From NCBI GenBank assembly GCA_030753015.1, contig JASMDC010000002.1, positions 1-64,000 of the forward strand: DNA of 64,000 nucleotides, given 5' to 3'. This DNA is from Candidatus Undinarchaeales archaeon. GTDB lineage: Archaea; SpSt-1190; JASMDC01. Under the pieces are notes generated by a model. The model was given only the letters and a program-made list of their open reading frames with translations, ran no database searches and was not told the DNA's origin. Numbering within the stretch: the first letter of the stretch is position 1; the number at the start of each line of letters is the position of its first letter. Positions 1 through 9,016 of this stretch are shown piece by piece. The position numbers were made by a program, and so were the translations under genes.

Positions 1-613
1 TTCCTGTGCTCCTTCTACCTTTCGGCTCCATCACCTCCCTTTCGGAAGGGGACTTCCCGCCGAAGTAAAAAAAGTTAAAAAGAGTAGACTGTGAGCGCAC
101 AGCCGAACTGTGTCTCCTCCGGGCGACTCTACGATAGAACTCAATTTCACGCGATAGGAACAATAAATGAGATTAAGACCAATTACTAGTCGTGTTTTAT
201 GAATTCCAATTCTGCCTTCTGCGTCTTTTTCGCGTTAATTTCTAATGCAATCTCCTTTCCACCTTCAGATAGTCCGAAGGTTACTATCCGACAAGATACG
301 GGAGAATTTCGGGTGCCGATATCGCAGAGGACTACATGAACAAACTCAGGGATGCAATACGGCTCAAACCCCTCGACGAGACGGAATGAAGCAAAGAACG
401 AACTAGGTCCCACCAAGGACATCCCCTCTCTCTCCCGCCCTGTAGTAATGTTACTACCACACCAGACCGGCACAACTTGTTCAAGAATCGGGAGATTCGA
501 ACCGGCGAAGCGGGTTCCGTCCGGGGCTTTATCTAAGTCTCAAGGACGCCACACACTGCGGGACTCGGTAGCAGCTATGACGTTGGCGGGAAATGGGATG
601 AATAGAACGAGTT

Positions 614-644
614 GAGGGGGCCGGTGAACGGCCCCCCCTTTTTA
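614..644 (+). terminator. GC-rich hairpin followed by a T-run (intrinsic terminator-like)
   Basis: gggggccg-gtgaa-cggccccc stem-loop followed closely by ttttt. It lies ~25 nt beyond the MC1 stop codon, but the T-run is on the + strand. Confidence 0.6.
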
Positions 645-667
645 GTTTCGCCAGTTCAGTATCGAAC

Positions 668-934
668 TTACAGGCGCTTGATGCCCTTCTTCTTCACGTT
701 GGCCTTCTTGACCTTCGCGGGCATCCAGGAGGGTGCGTTCGGGGGCGCGTCAACGACCTTGACGTTACCGTCGAAGATGTGGATGCGCTTGGCGCCGCGC
801 TCGCGGAGCTCGATCTTCTTGAAACCGCGGGCGGCTGCCTTCAGGGCAGCAGCACGGGGCTGCTTGCCAGAGAAGACGTGGTTCGAGTCCTTACCTTTCT
901 CCTGCAGAACAAAGTACTTAACAATTCCAGCCAT
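668..934 (-). CDS. Non-histone chromosomal protein MC1 (88 aa)
   Basis: C-terminal 88 aa of ORF 668..1336: YFVL...HVFSGKQPRAAALKAAARG...IELRERG...IHIFDG...APSWMP...ANVKK, the MC1 signature. TATA-like ATATAAAG at 967-974 (-) supports the start at 934. Confidence 0.92.
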   Translation of the reverse strand: MAGIVKYFVLQEKGKDSNHVFSGKQPRAAALKAAARGFKKIELRERGAKRIHIFDGNVKVVDAPPNAPSWMPAKVKKANVKKKGIKRL

Positions 935-1439
935 AATATCACACTGCCTTCCCCGATAGCGTTTTCCTTTATATTGATTTGTGAAATTGGAGCCGCGTAC
1001 GCGTGTTCTGTCCCCGATTGGGCCTTTTTTCCTCTCGCTCTCCTCGATAGATGGATCGCCGACAGCAGCTTTCCATTGATTATGGACGCTGCCTTGTCCA
1101 TGTTTGGACGGGTGTAACTGCCTGTTCTCGACATCTTGGAAGAAGGATCCCGACGATGCATCGCCTCCATCGAGGGGGGTATCCGTGTCCCGGATATCAG
1201 TTATGTCCACTCCAACATCGCTGTGCTCCCTGCCCGGGATCCCTCTGTAGACCGGTATTGGAACGAACGCCGCCATGAGGGCCAATGCAAAGAACGTGTA
1301 CATCTTACCAAACCCCTCCCGGGCTTTTGTCACCATCGGACCGACCGAACTCGTTCTGCTCCTTGTACTTTATCCGGAGACCGTGGCCGCGTACCCCCGT
1401 GGCGTTCCATTTAAAAAACGAGAGAACGTCACGGGGGCC

Positions 1440-3551
1440 ATGGGAACAACGACCCACCTTGGTATCATCGTTCTACTGATAGCACTGGCCGTCGCCCTCA
1501 TGGGATGCACCGGAGGAGATGACGCCCCTCCCGCGCCCACCGAGGCCCCCGGGCCTGCCCCTACTGAAGGGACAAAGCCAGCACCGACCGAGGTGGCGCC
1601 AGCGCCCACGAAGGAGGCACCCGCACCGACGAAGGTACCGGAGCCCGAGCCCACCGAGGTGCCCTCACCCGAGCCCACTGAAGCACCGGCCCCCTCCCCG
1701 ACCGCCAAGCCGGAAGATGGCCCCGTCCCCTACTTCCTCTTCTTCTGGGAGGCCTGGCCCGAGGAGTACAGCATCGACACCTTCGAGGAGCTCAACGAGA
1801 ACGTGGGCCCCATCTTCGACTACATCCAGGACCAGGGGTACAACATGATCCTGCTCGAGGTTCCGACCCTCGACCAGAAGTACATGTCGACCTCCTCGAT
1901 CCTCAAGGAACGGAAGTGGACGCCCATGGACGGCGACCATCTCAAGGTCATAACCGAGGAGGCCGAGCAGCGGGGTATCCCCGTCATCATCAACCTCGAG
2001 ACCATCGCGCACCGGAACCTCAATGCCCCCGGTAAGGTCGAGGTCACCACCGATCCCACAACGGGCGAGGAGATCCCCAACATGATGAGCGTGGAGGACA
2101 TGGTGACGCTCGTAGAAGAGCTGATCACCGGCTACACCATCATGGCGGTCTACTCCGAGGCGTTCGCTGACGAGTACGTCGACGCCATCCAGGCCAAGGC
2201 GAACGAGCTGGGTTCCATGTACATGCATGCCGGTGGCGTGCAGCCCAAGGGGCACGGCGCCGTCCACAACAGCTACGCCTATTCTTTCTACACACCGGAC
2301 GCCACCGAGTTCGCAGAAAGGTTCGGCGACCTCGGAGCTCATGACGTCATCCACGGCGTGGCCCGACGCCACGGCAAGCCCTCCATGATCACCGGGGCCG
2401 TTGGTTGGGGCTATCCGTTCGACATGGCCGGGTTCGAGAAGAACATATTCCTGTACAAGACCGTCCAGTACCCCGACCTTTGGGGCTACTTCCTCTTCGT
2501 CTGGACGGAAGAGCTGTACCCGCGGCTCGTGAACCCTCCCTTCAACTTCATGGAAGATATGGGCAAGGACATCCTGGAGTTCAGAAGAACGCCCGAGGAC
2601 AAGCCCGTGGCCAACCTGGTAATCGACATGCCAGGGCCCATTTCGGAGGGCCAGGTCTACCAGGCGACGGCGCGAGGCATCAGCGTTGCGGTCAACGCAC
2701 TGACCGCGAGCGGCTATGACTTTGCAGTGAGCTGGGAACCTTTGGCAGAGGCCGACCTCTACTACGTGTTCTCCACGAGCACGAAGGCCTGCTACCGGAA
2801 CTGGCGGGCCGACACCGAGTGCGGCGAGGGGACCGGTGACGAGGAGTACTGCAGGGCCTACTACCAGGCCAGCTGCGACGATCCCACAGGAGAGCCCTCG
2901 GACGAGGCGGTGGAGGCCCTGGAGGGCAAGCCGCTCCCGGTCCACGACCTCTCCCCTGCGATCACGGCACTGCTCCAGGGCGATGTGCCCGTGATCTTCC
3001 ACCAGGCCTACGCCATCCCCGACGCACCGGGCTGGAACGCGGTGATGGAGTACTTCCAGATCACCACCGATTACACGTCACTTCCCGACCTTCCTGCAAC
3101 TGTGGAGTTCGACGGGGACAAGGTCAGGTTCAAGGGGCTGCCCCCCTTCGATCTGTGCAGCATCCCGACCGCGAACGTGGGCTCGGAGGTCGTCCTCTCG
3201 GGCACTGTGGGCGGGGCCGAGCACGCGCTGCTCGTGACCAAGGACGACAAATACCTGGTCAACGGGAACAATCTCCACCTGGACATGACCTACGTCCTGG
3301 CCAACCAGCTCGAGGACACTCTCCAGGGCCCGACCTTCTCCCACATCGTCGTTGGTAAGGAGGGCTCCGCGTTCCTCGCGGCCGAGGACACGACCGTCTC
3401 CGTCAGACTCCCCGGCGCCCCCAAGAAGGCGAGGGTCGTCATCTTCGACGGGCAGGGGAAGCGTGTCCAGGACGCGACAGAGGACGTCGGCGAGGTCTTC
3501 GAGAAGGAGCTCACGCAGTACCAGCTCATGATAGTTGAGCCGGTGGCCTAG
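1440..3551 (+). CDS. Secreted lipoprotein with Pro/Thr-rich linker and a large acidic, possibly glycoside-hydrolase-like domain
   Basis: Lipobox-type signal (LLIALAVALMG|C) from ATG 1440, TTTAAAAA at 1410-1417, then APAPTE-type repeats and ~600 aa of globular sequence. Enzyme class is only a guess. Confidence 0.75.
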   Translation: MGTTTHLGIIVLLIALAVALMGCTGGDDAPPAPTEAPGPAPTEGTKPAPTEVAPAPTKEAPAPTKVPEPEPTEVPSPEPTEAPAPSPTAKPEDGPVPYFLFFWEAWPEEYSIDTFEELNENVGPIFDYIQDQGYNMILLEVPTLDQKYMSTSSILKERKWTPMDGDHLKVITEEAEQRGIPVIINLETIAHRNLNAPGKVEVTTDPTTGEEIPNMMSVEDMVTLVEELITGYTIMAVYSEAFADEYVDAIQAKANELGSMYMHAGGVQPKGHGAVHNSYAYSFYTPDATEFAERFGDLGAHDVIHGVARRHGKPSMITGAVGWGYPFDMAGFEKNIFLYKTVQYPDLWGYFLFVWTEELYPRLVNPPFNFMEDMGKDILEFRRTPEDKPVANLVIDMPGPISEGQVYQATARGISVAVNALTASGYDFAVSWEPLAEADLYYVFSTSTKACYRNWRADTECGEGTGDEEYCRAYYQASCDDPTGEPSDEAVEALEGKPLPVHDLSPAITALLQGDVPVIFHQAYAIPDAPGWNAVMEYFQITTDYTSLPDLPATVEFDGDKVRFKGLPPFDLCSIPTANVGSEVVLSGTVGGAEHALLVTKDDKYLVNGNNLHLDMTYVLANQLEDTLQGPTFSHIVVGKEGSAFLAAEDTTVSVRLPGAPKKARVVIFDGQGKRVQDATEDVGEVFEKELTQYQLMIVEPVA
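1524..1710 (+). repeat. Degenerate 24-nt (8-aa) Pro/Thr/Glu/Ala tandem repeat linker
   Basis: APPAPTE APGPAPTE GTKPAPTE VAPAPTK EAPAPTK VPEPEPTE VPSPEPTE APAPSPT. Confidence 0.85.
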
Positions 3552-3577
3552 GCCCGGGGGATCTGGGACATCCCGGC

Positions 3578-3916
3578 CTAGTCCCTCTCCTGTGCGCTTG
3601 CCGCGTAGAACGTGAACAGGGACAGGCCGCACAGGACGTAGAGAGCGTTCATCATCTCCTCTTTTACGAGCCACATCGCACCGATGCCGGTGAGCAGCCC
3701 CAGCATGTACAGCGTCAGGTGGACCAGATACCGCTCCTGCCCCTGGTCCGTCTCCTCCGCACGTTCCTTCTCCACAAGTGCCTTGTCACCAGGGGCTCTG
3801 AGCTGTCGCATGGACCCTTCCCGTCCTACAGGATAGTGGCCATTCTTTATCAAGCCACCGATGGTGCGCCCAAGGCTCTCTACCGTGAGCACATCCTTCA
3901 CGGGATCAGAGGACAT
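3578..3916 (-). CDS. Small membrane protein, two C-terminal hydrophobic helices, unknown function
   Basis: 112-aa ORF with GGAGGT ribosome-binding site 5 nt before ATG and two hydrophobic segments. Confidence 0.7.
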   Translation of the reverse strand: MSSDPVKDVLTVESLGRTIGGLIKNGHYPVGREGSMRQLRAPGDKALVEKERAEETDQGQERYLVHLTLYMLGLLTGIGAMWLVKEEMMNALYVLCGLSLFTFYAASAQERD

Positions 3917-4018
3917 TGTCTACCTCCCTCCCCGGGGCCCCGATCCTCACATCACGGAGGCCGGGATCGCACCCAATCCTTTTTTATACATCAATGTCTA
4001 ATCCAGCATCGGTTGCCC

Positions 4019-5554
4019 GTGAGCGATGTAGTCCTGGTCCAGCCCCGCGCCTCACTCTTCGATGAGGTCCTTGAAGGCCACTCCCTTCCCCTCTCGATCA
4101 TGATCGCCGGCTCGGTGGTGGCCCAGGAGCGCAAGATAACCCTGATCGACCAGCGGACGTCGGACGACTGGGAGGGCGAACTACGTTCCGCCGTACGCTC
4201 GGGTCCGGTGTGCGTTGGCACGACCACCATGACGGGGATCCAGATATGGCAGGCCCTGGAGATATCCAGGACCGTCAAGGACGAGGATCCCGAGATCCCC
4301 GTGGTCTGGGGTGGCCCCCATGCGACCCTCGATCCCGCGGGGACCGTGCGACACCCCCTGGTGGACGCGGCGGTGGTGGGCGACGGTGAGCACACCCTGT
4401 GGGAGCTGGTCCGCGCGCTGGAGGACGGCCGACCGCTGTCCGCTATCAAGGGGCTCGTGTACTCGAAGGACGGTAAGGTCCATGTGAACCCCCCGCGCCC
4501 GCCATCCGCACTGGACGAGCTACCCGATCCCCCGTTCCACCTCCTGCGCGACCCGGAGAATTACATCTTTGGAAGAAGGGGGAGGCGCTGCATGAGCGTC
4601 CCCACCTCTCGTGGGTGCCCGAGGATGTGCACATTCTGCGTGTCGACCGTAGTGGGCCGCGGAATGTGGAGGGCCATGTCGGTGGTGCGTGTGCTCGACC
4701 TCGTGACCTCGATGGTGGAGCGCTTCGACCTCGGATTCGTGTGGTTCGAGGAGCAGGATTCGTTCATCGATAGAAAGCGCATCCTTGCCATCGCCCAGGG
4801 GTTCGTGGATCGTGGCCTCGACATCCAGTGGGAGGCGAACGCTCACGTCACCGAGCTGTCGCGAATGAGCGACGAGGACCTCTCTATCCTGGAGAGGGGG
4901 GGGATGAAGGACCTCATAATCGGTGTGGAATCCGGCTCCCAGCGGATTCTGGACTCTATCAACAAGGGCCTCAGTATCGAGACAGTCCATGCGCTCAACC
5001 GTCGGCTTGCATCGTATCCCTTCCATCCCCGCTACTGCGTCATGAGCGGATTCCCCGGAGAGACCGAGGAGGACCTTGCTGCGACCGTGAGCCTCATGGC
5101 CCGGGTCATCGAGGAGAACCCCCGTGCCTCGACCAACTGCCTCTATCCGGTCATCCCCTACCCGGGCACGGAGTACCTGGCCAAGGCGATGGCGCAGGGG
5201 CTCGAGCCTCCGGACTCGCTGGAGGGCTGGACCGCTTTCGACACCTACGTGGCCCTGCGCGATGGCCTCGACAGGATCCTGCCGTGGGTGACGGAGGAAC
5301 GCGCGAAGCTCCTGAGGCGACTCTACGTGATCTCCAACTTCATCGATGAGAAATCGGACATCGTGTCCAACCCCGTTCTCCGCACGCTCTCCCGCCTGTA
5401 CAGGCCAGTGGCCAGGGCCCGGTTCTTCTCCATGAACACATCCTTCATGGAGCTCGAGGACGCCCTTTACATAAAGGGACGGGAGGGCGTGTTCACGTCA
5501 CCCGCACGCGAGCCTGTCGTCGGCCCGACCATGGCCCCGGAGGATCCTCGGTAG
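4019..5554 (+). CDS. Cobalamin-binding radical SAM enzyme (class B methylase-like)
   Basis: N-terminal B12-binding domain (VVWGGPHAT...GDGE), SRGCPRMCTFC CxxxCxxC motif, IGVESGSQRIL, GFPGET. Start placed at GTG 4019 (TTG 4013 possible), downstream of TTTTTTATA at ~3980. Confidence 0.9.
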   Translation: MSDVVLVQPRASLFDEVLEGHSLPLSIMIAGSVVAQERKITLIDQRTSDDWEGELRSAVRSGPVCVGTTTMTGIQIWQALEISRTVKDEDPEIPVVWGGPHATLDPAGTVRHPLVDAAVVGDGEHTLWELVRALEDGRPLSAIKGLVYSKDGKVHVNPPRPPSALDELPDPPFHLLRDPENYIFGRRGRRCMSVPTSRGCPRMCTFCVSTVVGRGMWRAMSVVRVLDLVTSMVERFDLGFVWFEEQDSFIDRKRILAIAQGFVDRGLDIQWEANAHVTELSRMSDEDLSILERGGMKDLIIGVESGSQRILDSINKGLSIETVHALNRRLASYPFHPRYCVMSGFPGETEEDLAATVSLMARVIEENPRASTNCLYPVIPYPGTEYLAKAMAQGLEPPDSLEGWTAFDTYVALRDGLDRILPWVTEERAKLLRRLYVISNFIDEKSDIVSNPVLRTLSRLYRPVARARFFSMNTSFMELEDALYIKGREGVFTSPAREPVVGPTMAPEDPR

Positions 5555-5643
5555 CGTTCCCCGGAACTTGTTGAATTATCGACCAGAACTGGAGTCCACG
5601 CCGGCACCGTCGCGTCGGGATACCCGCCCCCTCCTGTCCTCTG

Positions 5644-5945
5644 CTATCGGGGAGAGCTGGGCCCCGCACGTTCCGCGGCCTGCATGACCAGGGTCACAAC
5701 GTCGTCCCGCGTGACGCCCGGCAGCTCCACGCCCTGCTCCAGCCACCCGTCCACCGCTTTCCCCAGAGAGTCCACGTCAAGCTCGCTGCCCTTCAGGGTC
5801 TCCTCCAGCCTGGTGAGAGCACGATGAGCGTGGGAGCGTCGCCATCCCTTGCCGCCTGGGCCACGGCGTGGTAGAGGGACTGGGAGCGTAGGGCCGACAC
5901 GGATCCCGGGCGCAGGATGCGAAGGTGCGTGGTTATGTCATACAC
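5644..5945 (-). pseudogene. Lipoate-protein ligase A-like gene remnant with large internal deletion
   Basis: My manual translation. GTG 5945 gives LRILRPGSVSALRSQSLYHAVAQAARDGDAPTLIVLSP (LplA-like N-terminus). A second frame from 5820 gives ALTRLEETLKGSELDVDSLGKAVDGWLEQGVELPGVTRDDVVTLV...TAG (LplA C-terminal domain-like). The catalytic core is absent. Confidence 0.7.
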
Positions 5946-5961
5946 GCCATCTGGCAACAGA

Positions 5962-5967
5962 TTTAAA
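5962..5967. promoter_or_regulatory. Palindromic TTTAAA TATA box between divergent genes
   Basis: TTTAAA lies ~22 nt before ATG 5990 (+) and ~16 nt before GTG 5945 (-). Confidence 0.5.
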
Positions 5968-5989
5968 CCATCGTCGATCCGTGCGGCCC

Positions 5990-7873
5990 ATGGGATCCAC
6001 CGTAATCGAGAAGATCATCGCCACCCATGCCGGCCACTCCGTCAACGCGGGGGACGTCGTGTGGATGGACATCGACGTGCGCAGCGCCCGGGACTTCGGG
6101 GGCGCCAATGTCGTCAAGAACCTCCAGGCCAACTGTGCCGATAAACCGGTCGACGACAGGGAGCGCACCTTCTTCACCTTCGACTGCAACGCTCCGGCCA
6201 CTTCTGCCGGGTACGCGGACAACCAGCAGACCTGTCGCCTGTTCTCCCGGGAGAACGACATCAAGGTGTACGACGTCAACACCGGTGTCGGCAGCCACGT
6301 GATGCTCGAGGAGGGACTTGTGGTCCCCGGCGCCATCGTGGTGGGCACCGATTCGCACCTCAACATCATGGGCTCCGTGGGCGCCCTCGGCCAGGGGATG
6401 GGAGACGTCGATGTGGCGTTCGTGTGGTGCGCGGGCCGCACCTGGTTCACCGTCCCCGAGACCATGCGCGTCGTCCTGAAGGGCACGCCCGGTCCCGCAG
6501 CGTCCGCCAAGGACATCACCCTTGCCGTTATCAAGCGTCTTGGCTCCAAGGGGGCTCTTGGCCGCGCGGTGGAGTTCTCCGGTCCCGCCATCGACAAGCT
6601 CTCGCTCGCCGGTCGCATCACACTTGCCAGCATGGCCACCGAGATGGGGGCCATCTCTGCCTTCCTCATCCCCAACGACGAGGTCGTCAACTTCAGTCGC
6701 CGTCGCTCGGCGGCCGAGCCTGTCGTGGTCGTGCCTGACACTGACGCCGCCTACGTTGAGACCATCGAGATCGAAGTGGACGGGCTCGCACCCCAGATCG
6801 CCAGACCTGGCTCGCCCGCCGACGTGGTGGACGTGGCCGCGGTCGCCGGCGCCCACGTGGACTCGGGGCTCATCGGTTCATGCACCAACGGGCGGTTCGA
6901 GGACATGGCCACCGCGGCAGAGATCCTGCACGGGAAGCAGCTGGCCGACGGGTTCGTGCTCAAGATCGTCCCCGCCACCTCCGAGGTGTACGACAGGATG
7001 CTCGATGAGGGGCTCATCAAGGTGTTCCGCGACGCGGGCGCCCTGGTCCACAATCCCGGGTGCGGCGGATGCGCCGCTGGCCAGGCGGGCATCATCGGCG
7101 TCGGTGAGGTGCAGGTGTCAACGTCGAACCGCAATTTCCCCGGCAAGCAGGGGAAGGGTGACACGTACCTCACCAGCCCGGCCACCGTGGCGGCCACGGC
7201 GCTGGCGGGCAAGCTCACCGTCCCACAGGCGGTCAGCCTTGACGGCATCATCCCGGACGGGAAGTACGGCTGGGCCACACGGAAGGCGCCCGCACCTACG
7301 GTTCCCCGTCCCGCCGAGGCGAAGGATGGTGTGGCCGGTGCCAAGGGCGACAAGCCCACCTCCCTCAAGGGCCGCGGGTTCCCTCTGGTGTCCGGTGACG
7401 CGTTCATCGACGACATCGATACGGACATGATCTTCCACAACCGGTACCTTCACATCACCGACGTGGCGCAGATGGGCCAGTACGCCCTGGACAACCTCGA
7501 CGGGTACAAGGATTACTCCGAGCGGGCCAAGAAGGATGATATCCTCGTGGTGGGCAAGAACTTCGGCTCGGGCTCGTCCCGTGCTCAGGCGCTCGACTGC
7601 TTCGTCTCGCTGGGCGTCCAGTGCATCGTGGGCCAGTCCTTCGGCGCGATCTGGCTGCGCAACGCCATCAACAACGGCATCCCGGTGGTCATCGCACCCG
7701 AGCTTGGTACTGAATTCCTCAAGGAGGGCGACGGGCTGGAGGTGGACCTCACGACCGGTACCATCACCAACACAGCCTCTGGGAAGTCCGTCAAGGGCCA
7801 GCCGATGTTCTCGGTGCAGATGGACATCTATCAGGCAGAAGGCGTCTTCAATTACGCCGTGAAGAAGGGCTGA
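5990..7873 (+). CDS. Fused large+small subunit aconitase-family dehydratase (3-isopropylmalate dehydratase/homoaconitase type)
   Basis: GTDSH, GSCTNG, PGCGGC and STSNRNFPG (large subunit), then a Pro/Ala linker, then DIDTDMIF and GKNFGSGSSR (small subunit swivel domain). Confidence 0.9.
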   Translation: MGSTVIEKIIATHAGHSVNAGDVVWMDIDVRSARDFGGANVVKNLQANCADKPVDDRERTFFTFDCNAPATSAGYADNQQTCRLFSRENDIKVYDVNTGVGSHVMLEEGLVVPGAIVVGTDSHLNIMGSVGALGQGMGDVDVAFVWCAGRTWFTVPETMRVVLKGTPGPAASAKDITLAVIKRLGSKGALGRAVEFSGPAIDKLSLAGRITLASMATEMGAISAFLIPNDEVVNFSRRRSAAEPVVVVPDTDAAYVETIEIEVDGLAPQIARPGSPADVVDVAAVAGAHVDSGLIGSCTNGRFEDMATAAEILHGKQLADGFVLKIVPATSEVYDRMLDEGLIKVFRDAGALVHNPGCGGCAAGQAGIIGVGEVQVSTSNRNFPGKQGKGDTYLTSPATVAATALAGKLTVPQAVSLDGIIPDGKYGWATRKAPAPTVPRPAEAKDGVAGAKGDKPTSLKGRGFPLVSGDAFIDDIDTDMIFHNRYLHITDVAQMGQYALDNLDGYKDYSERAKKDDILVVGKNFGSGSSRAQALDCFVSLGVQCIVGQSFGAIWLRNAINNGIPVVIAPELGTEFLKEGDGLEVDLTTGTITNTASGKSVKGQPMFSVQMDIYQAEGVFNYAVKKG

Positions 7874-8588
7874 TGGCGCACGAGCTCCCCTCCTTGCCCT
7901 GCACGAACCGGTCCGCGAAGTAGGCCTTCCCGGCGGATGGGCCGCATGCGATGACGCGATCGCCGAGCCAGGTGAATGGATAGACCAGGAACAGCAGGGT
8001 GAAGAACTCGTTCAGCTCCCGCTCGAGATCGCCATCGGGCTGGGTGAGCACCAGGAAAGCAGTGTCGGAGAGGCGCTGGGCGTAGGTGGCGTACCATGTA
8101 TCGTCGTGCTCGATGACGGTGGCGTGACTTACGAAGAGGCCCTTGAGCGCCAGGTCGAACGCCTCCAGGAATGCTCTCGGTGGCAATCCCGGGTCCGCTG
8201 CAGCCACGAGCTCGGGCAGGTGCGGATCAGTGGGCAGGTCGGGCCAGTCTATCCCGTCCAGCGCGGGCAGCTCGCCGCCCTCCTGTCGTCCAGCGAAGTC
8301 CACCAACCGCTCGAGCAGCGCGTCCCCGGAGGCCAGCGTCTCGGCAGTTGTCACGTCATCATATTGCAGGCGCTCCTTCGGGAACGTCCGGGCCCGCAGG
8401 AGCCGATGCTCGGACAGAGGGTGCAGGCTGCGCACAAGGCCGGTGTACATCGATGCCGGATCGAACCGAGCGTGCCGGTCGAAACCGCGCACGAGGGCGT
8501 ACAGCTCACCGGTGGCCAGACCACGGAAGGCCCGACGACATCTGGACCTGGCGTGCATGTGCCGCTGGGTGCGTCCGGCATGGCCCAT
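7848..8588 (-). CDS. Hypothetical protein
   Basis: Protein-like composition in the distal part of ORF 7848..8747. TTTATAT at 8613-8619 (-) places the start at ATG 8588. No family recognised. Confidence 0.55.
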   Translation of the reverse strand: MGHAGRTQRHMHARSRCRRAFRGLATGELYALVRGFDRHARFDPASMYTGLVRSLHPLSEHRLLRARTFPKERLQYDDVTTAETLASGDALLERLVDFAGRQEGGELPALDGIDWPDLPTDPHLPELVAAADPGLPPRAFLEAFDLALKGLFVSHATVIEHDDTWYATYAQRLSDTAFLVLTQPDGDLERELNEFFTLLFLVYPFTWLGDRVIACGPSAGKAYFADRFVQGKEGSSCAISPSSRRN

Positions 8589-8635
8589 TCCTGGCCCCCT
8601 TACGCTAAACCGATATAAACCTGTGCTCGGCGGGC

Positions 8636-9013
8636 TCAATCCTCGAACACCAGCGTGTCCCCCAGCTCGATCCCCGTGCGCTCGATGGTCCCCACGGGGA
8701 CCTCCACGGCGTACCGCGCGGGCTTCTGCGGGTAGTACACGCGCCATGTGCGGGGGTTCAGGCCCATGGGGGGGATGTCGCGGGCCAGACCAGTGACCGT
8801 GAACCGCTCGTCGGCGTACACCACGTCCAACGCGTATCGCATAAGCGGCATCCAGATGCCCAGCCGGGTCTCGCCGCCCATGTCGATGATGAGGCCTTCC
8901 CCCTCGCCCAGTGGCGGTGTGAGCATGAGGCCGCGGACGTTCTGCCAGAGGCTCGTGGCATGGCGGATGCGGTCGCCCAGGGACGTCTCCCTGGTGAGGT
9001 TACGGACCTCCAT
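8636..9013 (-). CDS. DUF192 domain protein
   Basis: RGLM...GEGLII...IWMPLMRYALDVVYAD...ARYAVEVPVG pattern of DUF192. Confidence 0.85.
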   Translation of the reverse strand: MEVRNLTRETSLGDRIRHATSLWQNVRGLMLTPPLGEGEGLIIDMGGETRLGIWMPLMRYALDVVYADERFTVTGLARDIPPMGLNPRTWRVYYPQKPARYAVEVPVGTIERTGIELGDTLVFED

Positions 9014-9016
9014 TGC

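Noticed and set aside
29-40. ATCACCTCC resembling the 16S rRNA 3' end
   Set aside because: No rRNA context; better explained as a minus-strand Shine-Dalgarno sequence.
488-510. GGTTCGAATC (minus strand) resembling a tRNA T-loop
   Set aside because: The flanks do not form a T-stem, and no acceptor, D or anticodon arms are present.
186-615. ORFs 186..473 (-) and 352..615 (+)
   Set aside because: No recognisable motifs or start signals, and atypical composition.
935-1336. 134-aa N-terminal extension of MC1 in the ORF track
   Set aside because: A TATA box sits just upstream of ATG 934 and MC1 is ~90 aa; the extension is likely a chance open frame.
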